A stretch of DNA of 64,000 bases, from NCBI GenBank assembly GCA_963840455.1, contig CAWIYV010000007.1:256001-320000 (forward strand), written 5' to 3'. Each line of letters opens with the position of its first letter. Positions within the stretch are counted from its first letter, which is position 1. Both the position numbers and the translations under genes were made by a program. Positions 16,657 to 25,335 of the stretch are shown piece after piece. The notes under the pieces were generated by a model. It did not search any database. It saw only the letters and a program-made list of their open reading frames with translations, and was not told the origin of the DNA. This DNA is from Nitrospirota bacterium. Its GTDB lineage: Bacteria; Nitrospirota; UBA9217.

Positions 16657-17592
16657 CTATGCTTTGATGCCATGCGGTGGCACCAGGCTCCTGCAGTTCT
16701 CCTCCGGCAGGGCGCAGCCCTTGCCAAAGCCGAGATGGAACAGGCCCTTGCCTGTTCCGAGCTCCTTGTTGCACGCTACAATGCAGGCGCTGCAGTTGAC
16801 GCACGATATGTCACGTTTGTTCTTCCGGGGCGTCACGTTCATAAAGCAGGACTGGTCGCAGCCTTTGCAGTCCGTGCAGGCCGAGATCCGGTTCGTGTCC
16901 ATCTTGATCCTGAGGGAGACCGGGCTGATCCAGCCGAAGAGCATCTGCATGAGCCCGGCCGCGCAGACGTACCGGCAAAGGACATGGCGCACTACGATGG
17001 ATGTGATGAGCATGTAGATGGCGACGCCGATGATGCCCGCTTGCACGCCAAAGGTGAACTCTCCGGTCATGACCTGGTGCCAGACGGTCTTGGGCGCCAC
17101 AAAATATCCGGTCAGGGCGATCCCGCCCGCCAGGGGGATGACAACGGCGCTCAGGACCGCAATGGCCCCGTAGAGAAGCGGACTGCCTTTCGCGTTCATC
17201 GGATCGCTCGGGCGCTTCCCGAACAGGTTCCTCCTGCCGGTGAGCTTCAGCGTCAGGAAGTCCGACAGCTCGAACAGTGCGCCTTCCGGGCAAAGCCATC
17301 CGCAGAAGAGCCTTCCGGTGAGCCAGCCGAGCAGCGGGAAGATGGCCAGGAACAGGACCCACGGCAGGATGCCCTTCAGGAAGAACTGGCCTGCGATATG
17401 CAATGCGCCCAGCGGTGTCCTGTCCGTAAAATATTCCGGATGGATGCCGAAGCTCCAGGACGTGCCGAACAGGATGAGCTCATGGGTGTCCGAATCGATG
17501 CGCAGGATATTCAGCACCGGCATCAGGAAGATGAACAGGATGAACGCGACCTGGGAGATGCGTCGCCAGGTTGTGAGGGTCGTTTGTGTCAT
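16657..17592 (-). CDS. NapH/CcoG-like membrane 4Fe-4S binding protein
   Basis: GRLFCGWLCPEG, CRYVCAAG, CTDCKGCDQSC, CVNCSACIVAC and several TM helices. Confidence 0.87.
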   Translation of the reverse strand: MTQTTLTTWRRISQVAFILFIFLMPVLNILRIDSDTHELILFGTSWSFGIHPEYFTDRTPLGALHIAGQFFLKGILPWVLFLAIFPLLGWLTGRLFCGWLCPEGALFELSDFLTLKLTGRRNLFGKRPSDPMNAKGSPLLYGAIAVLSAVVIPLAGGIALTGYFVAPKTVWHQVMTGEFTFGVQAGIIGVAIYMLITSIVVRHVLCRYVCAAGLMQMLFGWISPVSLRIKMDTNRISACTDCKGCDQSCFMNVTPRKNKRDISCVNCSACIVACNKELGTGKGLFHLGFGKGCALPEENCRSLVPPHGIKA

Positions 17593-17598
17593 GTGTAA

Positions 17599-17641
17599 AG
17601 TATACCGCTGTTCGTGCAGGAGGGGTATGACCTGTGTCATA
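17599..17641 (-). promoter_or_regulatory. CRP/FNR-family (DNR/HcpR-like) site with class II promoter
   Basis: TATGAC-CTGT-GTCATA (17626-17641) centred 41.5 bp upstream of ATG 17592; -10 TATACT at 17604-17599. Confidence 0.62.
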
Positions 17642-17744
17642 AGAAATATTAGGCAGAGGGAAAGATCTGCTTCGCCACGTATATCACGGAAGGACAAGAA
17701 TAGCGATATCCGGCTTCAATATTCTGAATTCCGCACTACTGTGA

Positions 17745-18677
17745 TCACCACCATCGCCACAGTGAAATAACGAAGATGATGACAAAGACGAGCGCGAGGT
17801 TCATATAGGCGAAGAAGTAAAATACCTTCTCGTACAGGGGCTTTTCCGGTTTCCGGTCGGTCGCGACGCACATGCCCACCTGCGGCATGGCGAGCACCTT
17901 GTCCTCACCGTGAGGCGCGTTCTTCAGAACGTCGGTCAGGTCCGTGCCGGCGTTGTGCTTCACCATGTGCTGGCCGTTCTTCCAGAGCCTGCTGTTGGTG
18001 ATGTCGTAAACCATGCCCTTGTAGGCGATATAGGCGGGACGCCCTTCCTTGCCGTCGAAGGCCGGCAGCTGTTCCATCGTTATTTCCTTGGAGAGGCAGG
18101 CCGCGACGGGGCTTTTGAGCCGCTGCCGCATCTTCGGTCCGATAAAGACCGTCACGATGAACGCGCTCGTCAGCATGACGAGGAAGAGGGCGATCTTGAT
18201 GGACAGCAGGATGCCGAAGCGTGTCGTGGTGAAGGCCGCGAGGTTCGGCATGCGCGCGATGGTCAGGAGCGTGCCGGTCACGAGCAGCGTGAACATGGAC
18301 AGCCAGCCGAGCCGGAGTTCGCCCTTTGGCAGGCCCTTGGATGCGTAGGCCGGCTTCAGGAGTACATGGACGTACATGATGGTCCCGAACCAGACGATGG
18401 CGGCCAGCATGTGCAGATAGCCGACGAACAGGCGGATGACGTGCTGGGCCGTCGAGAGCTGGCGGTACTGGCCTTTCGCTTTCAGGGACTCGAGGAAGGC
18501 CTCGCCAACAGGCGTCAGCTTGCCTCCGCCGATCACGTCGACGTGGCACTTCCCGCACTCGTAGCCGGTCTGCTTGGCATAGTCCGGGGTGGCCTGGCAG
18601 GGGACGGCCATCAGGATGATCAAGAGCAGAAACGTGATCGATGCGATGAAGTGGATGGGTTCGTGGCGACGGTCCAT
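17745..18677 (-). CDS. Fusion: monoheme cytochrome c + CopD-like TM region + cytochrome b5-like heme domain
   Basis: Signal peptide, CGKCH, HMLAAIVWFG plus 3 TM helices, FDGKEGRPAYIAYKGMVYDIT...GQH..KH.AG.DLT...APHG, C-terminal TM. Start is uncertain. Confidence 0.8.
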   Translation of the reverse strand: MDRRHEPIHFIASITFLLLIILMAVPCQATPDYAKQTGYECGKCHVDVIGGGKLTPVGEAFLESLKAKGQYRQLSTAQHVIRLFVGYLHMLAAIVWFGTIMYVHVLLKPAYASKGLPKGELRLGWLSMFTLLVTGTLLTIARMPNLAAFTTTRFGILLSIKIALFLVMLTSAFIVTVFIGPKMRQRLKSPVAACLSKEITMEQLPAFDGKEGRPAYIAYKGMVYDITNSRLWKNGQHMVKHNAGTDLTDVLKNAPHGEDKVLAMPQVGMCVATDRKPEKPLYEKVFYFFAYMNLALVFVIIFVISLWRWW

Positions 18678-18741
18678 AGTGCACCGTATTATAGAGAAAA
18701 GGCGCCCTCTCCGCAACCCTTTCTGATATTGGTCCAATTGG

Positions 18742-19233
18742 TTACGGATTTCGGAAATCCCGGTGGCACCTGACGCAGCCGTCGAGGAGCGCTTTGGTCA
18801 GCGACAGCATGGCATTCCCGTCGTTCCGGTGGACCGCCTTGGCGAGCTCCTCGAGTTTCCCGTGGAACTCCTTGTCCTGCTCGACGAATTCCTTCAGTCG
18901 GTTCGCGTTCTTCTTGAGCGTGACCGTGCCGTGCCGAACGCCCTCGTGCGTCTTCTCCATGGTGCCGTGCATCTTTTCGAGCGCCTCGTGAACGCGCTTG
19001 CCGTCGCCCATTGCCACGCCGGACACGACGTCGCGGAACACGGCGTCGAGCGCGACCATCTCCTCGATGAGCGGGTTGGCAACCTGCTCATGTGCGCCCT
19101 GGGCAGGGTGCTCCGGATCCACTGCATGATGGTGCTCCTCATGCTCGCTGTTGCCGATGGCCGTCAAAGAGAGAACGGCCACTGCCGCCATCCCCATTAG
19201 GATGGATAGAAACGTCCTGATCTTGCTGTTCAT
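18742..19233 (-). CDS. Cytochrome c'-like (class II) periplasmic protein
   Basis: Signal peptide, His-rich N-terminus, helical body, C-terminal CVRCHRDFR. Confidence 0.75.
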   Translation of the reverse strand: MNSKIRTFLSILMGMAAVAVLSLTAIGNSEHEEHHHAVDPEHPAQGAHEQVANPLIEEMVALDAVFRDVVSGVAMGDGKRVHEALEKMHGTMEKTHEGVRHGTVTLKKNANRLKEFVEQDKEFHGKLEELAKAVHRNDGNAMLSLTKALLDGCVRCHRDFRNP

Positions 19234-19292
19234 GATGACCTCCTGCATTGCGCTCGAACTTTTACGTCAGTGACCTGCTCAGCAGCCTGGAA

Positions 19293-19324
19293 GAAAAAGG
19301 GGGATGGCATCATCGCCATCCCCC
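19293..19324 (-). terminator. Intrinsic terminator after norB-2
   Basis: GGGGGATGGC-loop-GCCATCCCCC with a T run on the minus strand. Confidence 0.7.
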
Positions 19325-19354
19325 GACCGCTTCATATCGCTGTGCCTACGGTAC

Positions 19355-20746
19355 TTACGCCTTCTGTTCCGCCGCAGAGAGCGCCGGCACCGGTTCCTTC
19401 CCGAGCTTGAAGAAATCATAGACGAAGATCGAGACGCCGATCAGGAAGCCCACGCCGAAGATCGCCCGGAGGATCCAGAACCAGAGGTTGTAGGTTGTCT
19501 TGACGGCAACGTAGTCGAGGCCCATGAGCCGTTCCATGTAAACCTGGACCATGCCTGCCCCGGTGATGGTCAGCACGATGAATACCATCGATATGGTCAT
19601 CCACCAGAAAGCGAGGTACGCTCGCGCCGGATTGTAGTTCTTTACGCCCCGGATGGCCGGCAGGGTCACGTAGATCATGGAGATGACGAGCAGGACATAG
19701 GCGCCGTAGAACGCCAGGTGGCCATGGGCCGTGGTGATCTGCGTGCCGTGGGTCCACTGGTTTACCTGGGGCAGGGTATGGATGATGCCCCAGAGTCCCG
19801 CGCCGACGAAGTTGAAGATTGCGTGCGCCACGGTGTAGAAGAGTCCGGGTTTGTTCGTCACGTTCCGCGCCTCGCGCGTGGTCCGGAATGCGTCCCAGAC
19901 CATCAGGAGCAGGGGCACGGGCTCCAGGGAACTGAAGAATCCGCCCACCCAGTGCCAGTACTTGGGCGTGCCGATGAAGTAGTAGTGATGGCCCGTGCCG
20001 AGGATGCCGGTGAACAGGACAAGACCCACTTCAATGTACATCCACTTTTCGAGAACCTCGCGTTTGGCACCGATGGTCTTCATCAGCATGAAGGCGAGCA
20101 GCGCGCCTGCGATCACTTCCCAGGAACCCTCCACCCACAGGTGGATCACCCACCACCACCAGAACTGGTCCTTGATCATGTTCTTGGTATAGAACATGCC
20201 GGGCAGGTACATGAGCGCCAGGAAGACCAGGCCGCCGAGCAGTACGCCCTGGATGCCGGTCCACTTCTTGGTCTTCATCATGGTCATGAACATGTTGAAC
20301 AGGAACAGCAGCACCGAGACCACGATCAGAGCGTCAGCCCAGCGGGGCGCCTCAATGTACTCGCGGCCCTCGTTCAGCAGCTGTGTGCCCATGACCGTTA
20401 CGTTTGCCTGCGGATTCAAACCCATCCAGATGTAGCCAAGCACGACAAGTGTGATCGCAACCACGGTTGCCCAGAACTGGAAAAGGGCAAGCGGGTAGCT
20501 CCAGACCTCTGTCTCCGATTCCTCGGGGACCACATAGTAGGTTGCCCCCATGAGTCCTGCCAGCAGCCAGACAACAAGAGCATTAATGTGCAGCGTGCGG
20601 ATGGTGTTGAAGTTCAGGATGAAGATGTCAGGCCTGATGAACTGGATCGCCGCGATGATCCCGACCAGAACCTGGACAAGAAACAGGACGACGGCGAACG
20701 TGTAAAAGTACTGCGCGATCTTCTGACTTTGATATTTGACGGTCAT
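19355..20746 (-). CDS. norB: Nitric oxide reductase large subunit (NorB-2, cNOR)
   Basis: RTLHIN, GREYIEAP, WWWVIHLWVEGSWE, GTGHHYY, LEPVP, HTLPQVNQWTHG and HGHLAFYG. Confidence 0.94.
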   Translation of the reverse strand: MTVKYQSQKIAQYFYTFAVVLFLVQVLVGIIAAIQFIRPDIFILNFNTIRTLHINALVVWLLAGLMGATYYVVPEESETEVWSYPLALFQFWATVVAITLVVLGYIWMGLNPQANVTVMGTQLLNEGREYIEAPRWADALIVVSVLLFLFNMFMTMMKTKKWTGIQGVLLGGLVFLALMYLPGMFYTKNMIKDQFWWWWVIHLWVEGSWEVIAGALLAFMLMKTIGAKREVLEKWMYIEVGLVLFTGILGTGHHYYFIGTPKYWHWVGGFFSSLEPVPLLLMVWDAFRTTREARNVTNKPGLFYTVAHAIFNFVGAGLWGIIHTLPQVNQWTHGTQITTAHGHLAFYGAYVLLVISMIYVTLPAIRGVKNYNPARAYLAFWWMTISMVFIVLTITGAGMVQVYMERLMGLDYVAVKTTYNLWFWILRAIFGVGFLIGVSIFVYDFFKLGKEPVPALSAAEQKA

Positions 20747-20768
20747 TGTATCACCTCGATTGATAATG

Positions 20769-20822
20769 CCCCTCACCTTTGCCTTCCTCTCCCCCTGGGG
20801 GAGAGGATAAGAGGAGAGGGGA
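20769..20822. repeat. REP-like GC hairpin between norC-2 and norB-2
   Basis: CCCCTCACC...CCTCTCCCCC-T-GGGGGAGAGG...GAGAGGGG. Confidence 0.5.
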
Positions 20823-20824
20823 GG

Positions 20825-21502
20825 TTATTTTAACGTAACGAGATAAGCTGCCAGTGATTTCAGGTCATCATCGGACATGCCGGCGTAGGGCGGCATCGCC
20901 GAGGTCGGCACGACCGACCGGGGGTTCTTCAGGTGCTTCACATGCCATTCCACGTCCTTCCCAGTCGAGCCGACTCGCGTCAGGTCGGGCCCGCTGGTGC
21001 CGCCGATGCCGTTGATGCTGTGGCAGTTCGAACATCCCTGGGACTGGTAGGCCTGCTGGCCCCGGGATTGCGACTGTCCGCCGACGCCTGCCGCAGCGGC
21101 TAGAATGGGCTTGGGCGGCCATCCATTGGTGTTGATCTTCGAAATCCAGGTGAGGAAGGCGACAAGCTCATCGGCTTCCTGCGAACTGATCCCCAGCTTC
21201 GGCATGGCCGCGCTTGGCTTCACACCGCGGGGGTCCATCAGGAACTGCTTCAGGTATCCGGCGGGCTTCCGTTCCACGACCTTCGTCATGTCGGGCGCGA
21301 AGTAGGACCCGTTGCCCAGGATGGTATGGCACCCGATGCAGTCATACTTCTGCCAGACCATCTTGCCGGCATCCACTTCTTTCGTGACCTCCGGGGCCCT
21401 GCCGTCGATCTGTTTCATCGTGTCGACGGTGAGTCCGAGGAAGATCACGAAAAAGAAGAGGCTGCCGAAAATGAAAAGATTTCGTGCTGCCTTGTTGCTC
21501 AT
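20825..21502 (-). CDS. norC: Nitric oxide reductase cytochrome c subunit, di-heme (NorC-2)
   Basis: MSNKAARNLFIFGSLFF, CIGCHTILGNGSYFAPDM, NTNGWPP, second domain CSNCH...AMP; RBS AGGAGG. Confidence 0.9.
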   Translation of the reverse strand: MSNKAARNLFIFGSLFFFVIFLGLTVDTMKQIDGRAPEVTKEVDAGKMVWQKYDCIGCHTILGNGSYFAPDMTKVVERKPAGYLKQFLMDPRGVKPSAAMPKLGISSQEADELVAFLTWISKINTNGWPPKPILAAAAGVGGQSQSRGQQAYQSQGCSNCHSINGIGGTSGPDLTRVGSTGKDVEWHVKHLKNPRSVVPTSAMPPYAGMSDDDLKSLAAYLVTLK

Positions 21503-21541
21503 ATGCACCTCCTGCACATAGGATGAGTACCGTTGAAGGCA

Positions 21542-21584
21542 AGCATAACGAATGGGGTCGGCGAGCGGTATGATATGCGTCATA
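21542..21584 (-). promoter_or_regulatory. CRP/FNR-family (DNR/HcpR-like) site with class II promoter of norCB-2
   Basis: TATGA-TATGCG-TCATA (21569-21584); -10 TATGCT at 21547-21542, the same spacing as the 17626 site. Confidence 0.62.
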
Positions 21585-21754
21585 GGTCGGGCAATTTCTG
21601 TCGAGTCCGTCTGTGTCGGTTGTGGTACGCGCACGGACGGATGCCATCGAAATGATGGATGTTTCCCAGTTTTCCCTTGACTTTGAATGGGTTCTGAACG
21701 TAATATATGCACTTGCCCTATCGGTAAAATCCACCTGCGGAGCCCGGCCTTATC

Positions 21755-22567
21755 ATGAACCTGACCTTCTTTTTTGCAGCCATAGCGTTCTACATCATCG
21801 CGACCGCAGGGTACCTCATCTTCTTTGTCCAGCCCGAACGGAAGCCCATCGCGTCGGCGGCGCTCTGGGCGGCCTTCCTGGGGTTTGGTGCGCACTTCAT
21901 CTATTTCAGCCTGCGCTGGTCCGAGAGCGGCCGCATCCCGGTCACGAACTTCTTCGAGGCCATCAGCGCCTTCGGCATGGGCATCGTTCTGGTCTTCCTC
22001 ATCATGGAGCTGCGCTACCGCATCCCCGCGCTCGGCGCGTTCATGCTTCCGCTCGTGCTGTTGCTCATGGCCCCGGCGGCGATCACCTCGCGGGAGATCG
22101 CAGGGCTGAACCCCATCCTCAAGAGCGTCTGGCTGGGGATCCACACGAGCCTCGCTCTGCTCGGCGACGCGGCCTTCGCCTTCGCCTTCATCGTCTCGGT
22201 CATGTACTTGCTCCAGGAACGGCAGCTTAAGCACAAGCACCTGGGCGCCATCTTTCATCGCTTGCCGCCCCTGGATGTGATGGACACCATCAGCTACCGC
22301 GCGCTGTCCTTCGGCTGGCCGCTCTTCACGCTCGGCATGATCACGGGTTCCATCTGGGCCGAGAGCGCGTGGGGGTCCTATTGGAGCTGGCAGCCCAAGG
22401 AGACCGCATCGCTGCTCGTGTGGCTGATCTATCTCGCGTTGCTGCATCTCCGCACCATCGGATGGCGGGGAAGGAAGATGGCCTGGCTGTCCATAGCCGG
22501 GTTCGTCTTCGTGCTGGTCAGCTTCTTCGTGGTGAGCAGGATCGGTGTCGGAAAGCATACGTTTTAG
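21755..22567 (+). CDS. ccsA: Cytochrome c biogenesis protein CcsA/CcsB (HemX-like)
   Basis: WWD motif GSIWAESAWGSYWSWQPKET, conserved His residues, C-terminal GKH. Confidence 0.9.
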   Translation: MNLTFFFAAIAFYIIATAGYLIFFVQPERKPIASAALWAAFLGFGAHFIYFSLRWSESGRIPVTNFFEAISAFGMGIVLVFLIMELRYRIPALGAFMLPLVLLLMAPAAITSREIAGLNPILKSVWLGIHTSLALLGDAAFAFAFIVSVMYLLQERQLKHKHLGAIFHRLPPLDVMDTISYRALSFGWPLFTLGMITGSIWAESAWGSYWSWQPKETASLLVWLIYLALLHLRTIGWRGRKMAWLSIAGFVFVLVSFFVVSRIGVGKHTF

Positions 22568-22761
22568 CTTATTCGGATCGTAAAGGCTCGGCGCCGTTCG
22601 CCGAAGCGTATTGAAGAGAACAGAGAGCAGCCGGGATGCAAACAGACTTTCTTTTCCCGGTGTCCGTGGTGAACGCGGTGGTCATTACTGGTATTTGAAA
22701 GCTTCAAAACTCAGTTGGTGATGTCGTGCAGGTACGAACTTATCCGTTAGCAGGGTAAATC

Positions 22762-24117
22762 ATGGGAATCGTCGTCGTTGGTCTCAGCCATAAATCAGCG
22801 CCCATCGAGGTCCGGGAGAAGCTTTACTTCCCCGAGGAAACGCTCCCGGCAGCGCTCGGCAAGCTCATGTCCTACGAGGGCATTCGGGAAAGCCTCATCA
22901 TCTCGACGTGCAACCGCGTTGAGATCTACGCTTCGGTGGAGGAAAGCGCGAAGGGCATCGACCGCATCAAGCAGTTCATCACGGAATATCACAACATCCC
23001 CCGGGAAGCCCTCGAAGGATCGCTGTATGTCTATCCCGATGCCCAGGGCGTTCGCCACACCTTCCGCGTGGCATCGAGCCTCGACTCCCTGGTGCTCGGC
23101 GAGGCGCAGATCCTGGGCCAGCTCAAGGACGCCTTCGATATTGCTCTCAAAGCCAAGACCACCAGCACCATCCTGAACAAGCTCATCAAGAAGTCCATTT
23201 CCGTGGCGAAACGGGTACGAACCGAGACCCGGCTCGCCGAGGGCGCAGTGTCCATCAGTTCCGCTGCCGTGGAACTGGCGAAAAAGATCTTCGGCGACCT
23301 CACCGGAAAGACGGTCATGCTCCTGGGCGCCGGCGAGATGGCCGAACTGGCCGCCCAGCACCTGCTGGGCAATGGCGTCAAGAACATCATGGTGGCGAAC
23401 CGTACCTTCGAGCGGGCCGAGGAGCTTGCCAAGGAGTTCAAGGGTGACGCCATCCGGTTCGAGCATTTTCCCGACGCCCTGGTGATGGTTGACATCCTCA
23501 TATGCGCCACCGGAGCATCGCAATATGTCGTGAAACGCGACATGGTGCAGAAGGTCATCAAGGACCGTCGCCACAAGCCCATCTTCATGATCGACATCTC
23601 GAACCCCCGGAACATCGATCCCGAGGTCGACAAGGTCGACAACGTGTACCTCTACGATATCGACGACCTCCAGAGCAAGGTCGACGTGAACACCGAGGGC
23701 AGGGCGAAGGAGGCGGAGCGGGCCGAAGAGATCGTAACCCAGGAGGTGGAGACCTACCTCAAGTGGGAGCGGGGCCTCGATGCCGTGCCGACCATTGTGG
23801 ACCTGCGGGAGAAGGTGGAGGACATCCGGAAGCGCGAGCTCGAGAAGACCCTTGGTTCGCTGAACGGCATCTCCGAGGACCAGAAGAGGGCTGTGGACAT
23901 CATGTCCCAGGCTATCGTGAACAAACTGCTGCATGCGCCGCTCGTGGTTCTCAAGCAGGCTGCCGCCAGCACGGACAGCGGCGACGCCACGCTGGCTATC
24001 GCCCGCAGGCTCTTCAACCTGGACAAGGAATTGAAGCGGCCCGAGCATGGCAAGGTGTCCGAACTGAAGGAAGAAAAGACGCCGGCGACTCCCGTGACGC
24101 GGAAGGATGTCTGTTAG
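22762..24117 (+). CDS. hemA: Glutamyl-tRNA reductase
   Basis: GLSHKSAP, STCNRVE, GEAQILGQ, GAGEM, DISNPRNID. Confidence 0.97.
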   Translation: MGIVVVGLSHKSAPIEVREKLYFPEETLPAALGKLMSYEGIRESLIISTCNRVEIYASVEESAKGIDRIKQFITEYHNIPREALEGSLYVYPDAQGVRHTFRVASSLDSLVLGEAQILGQLKDAFDIALKAKTTSTILNKLIKKSISVAKRVRTETRLAEGAVSISSAAVELAKKIFGDLTGKTVMLLGAGEMAELAAQHLLGNGVKNIMVANRTFERAEELAKEFKGDAIRFEHFPDALVMVDILICATGASQYVVKRDMVQKVIKDRRHKPIFMIDISNPRNIDPEVDKVDNVYLYDIDDLQSKVDVNTEGRAKEAERAEEIVTQEVETYLKWERGLDAVPTIVDLREKVEDIRKRELEKTLGSLNGISEDQKRAVDIMSQAIVNKLLHAPLVVLKQAAASTDSGDATLAIARRLFNLDKELKRPEHGKVSELKEEKTPATPVTRKDVC

Positions 24118-24250
24118 GAACGTCATCAGGTCCTTCTGTAACTACAGATGAACACGGATGACTTTCGGTTTTCTTTTGTTTGTGCAATTCAAGTATAGAA
24201 GGTTTCCTCTGCGTCCTCTGCAGTAAAAAAGATTTCAAAAGGAGCGTTCA

Positions 24251-25213
24251 TTGAGAAGAGAGATCAGGATTGGTTCCCGCGCCAGCGCCCTGGCGCTCTG
24301 GCAGGCCGAATGGGTGAAGTCGGAGCTCGAGAAGAAGTACCCCGGCATGACGGTGTCGCTCACGAAAATTAAAACGACAGGAGACAAGATTCTCGATGTC
24401 CCGCTTTCCAAGGTGGGCGGCAAGGGGCTCTTCGTGAAGGAGATCGAGGAGGCCATGCTGCGCAACGAGATCGACATCGCTGTGCACAGCATGAAGGACG
24501 TGCCAACGTTCTTTCCCGACGGCCTGCACCTGGGCGCCATCACGAAGCGCGAGGATGCACGGGACGCCCTGCTGTCGCGGAACAATGTGAAGTTCAAGGA
24601 CCTGCCGAAGGGCGCCAATATCGGCACGAGCAGCCTCAGGCGCCAAACGCAGATCATGAACCTGCGGCCCGACTTCGTCATCCACCAGCTCCGGGGCAAC
24701 GTGGACACCAGACTCCGGAAATTGAAGGAAGGGCAGTACGACGCCATCATCCTTGCGGCGGCAGGTGTGAAGCGGTTGGGACTCGCTGAGAACGTGACCG
24801 AGTACATCGATGCCGACGTGAGCATCCCGGCCATCGGGCAGGGCGCGCTGGGCATCGAGTGCCGCGTTGACGATAGGGAGCTGAATGATCTCATCGCCTT
24901 CTTCAACCATGCAGACAGCCGGGTTTGCGTGACCGGCGAGCGCGCGCTGCTCAGGCGGCTCGAGGGCGGGTGCCAGGTGCCCATCGCCTGCTACGGCCGG
25001 ATCAAGAACGGGAAGCTTTCCCTCGTGGGCCTCGTGGGCAGCGTGGACGGGAAACGGATCATCAAGGATTCCCTCGAAGGCCCGCAAGCTGATGCGGAGC
25101 GGCTCGGCGTGGAACTCGCAGAGAAGCTCTTGAAGCAGGGCGCCGACGTCATCCTGCGTGAGGTGTACGGCGCGAACGCGGACACCAGCGGCGAAAAACT
25201 GCTGGAGAATTAA
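24251..25213 (+). CDS. hemC: Hydroxymethylbilane synthase
   Basis: GSRASALALWQ, GGKGLFVKE, VHSMKD, RGNVDTRL, EGGCQVP; TTG start. Confidence 0.97.
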   Translation: MRREIRIGSRASALALWQAEWVKSELEKKYPGMTVSLTKIKTTGDKILDVPLSKVGGKGLFVKEIEEAMLRNEIDIAVHSMKDVPTFFPDGLHLGAITKREDARDALLSRNNVKFKDLPKGANIGTSSLRRQTQIMNLRPDFVIHQLRGNVDTRLRKLKEGQYDAIILAAAGVKRLGLAENVTEYIDADVSIPAIGQGALGIECRVDDRELNDLIAFFNHADSRVCVTGERALLRRLEGGCQVPIACYGRIKNGKLSLVGLVGSVDGKRIIKDSLEGPQADAERLGVELAEKLLKQGADVILREVYGANADTSGEKLLEN

Positions 25214-25230
25214 ACAACGCCACCAGGACC

Positions 25231-25321
25231 TTTGAACCGCCAAGGCGCGAAGGTCGCGAAGGGAAGCCCTTTAGATAGTACCGGGAGAATTTCTTCGCGT
25301 ACTTTGCGTCTTCGCGGTAAA
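25231..25321. repeat. REP-like stem-loop with 9-bp periodic arms
   Basis: TTTGAACCGCCAAGGCGCGAAGGTCGCGAAG ... CTTCGCGTACTTTGCGTCTTCGCGGTAAA. Confidence 0.65.
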
Positions 25322-25335
25322 TTTTTTCTTATCTT

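Noticed and set aside
21503-22558. 577-aa ORF suggesting a long N-terminal extension of NorC-2
   Set aside because: The extension is antisense to ccsA; the RBS and typical NorC start are at 21502.
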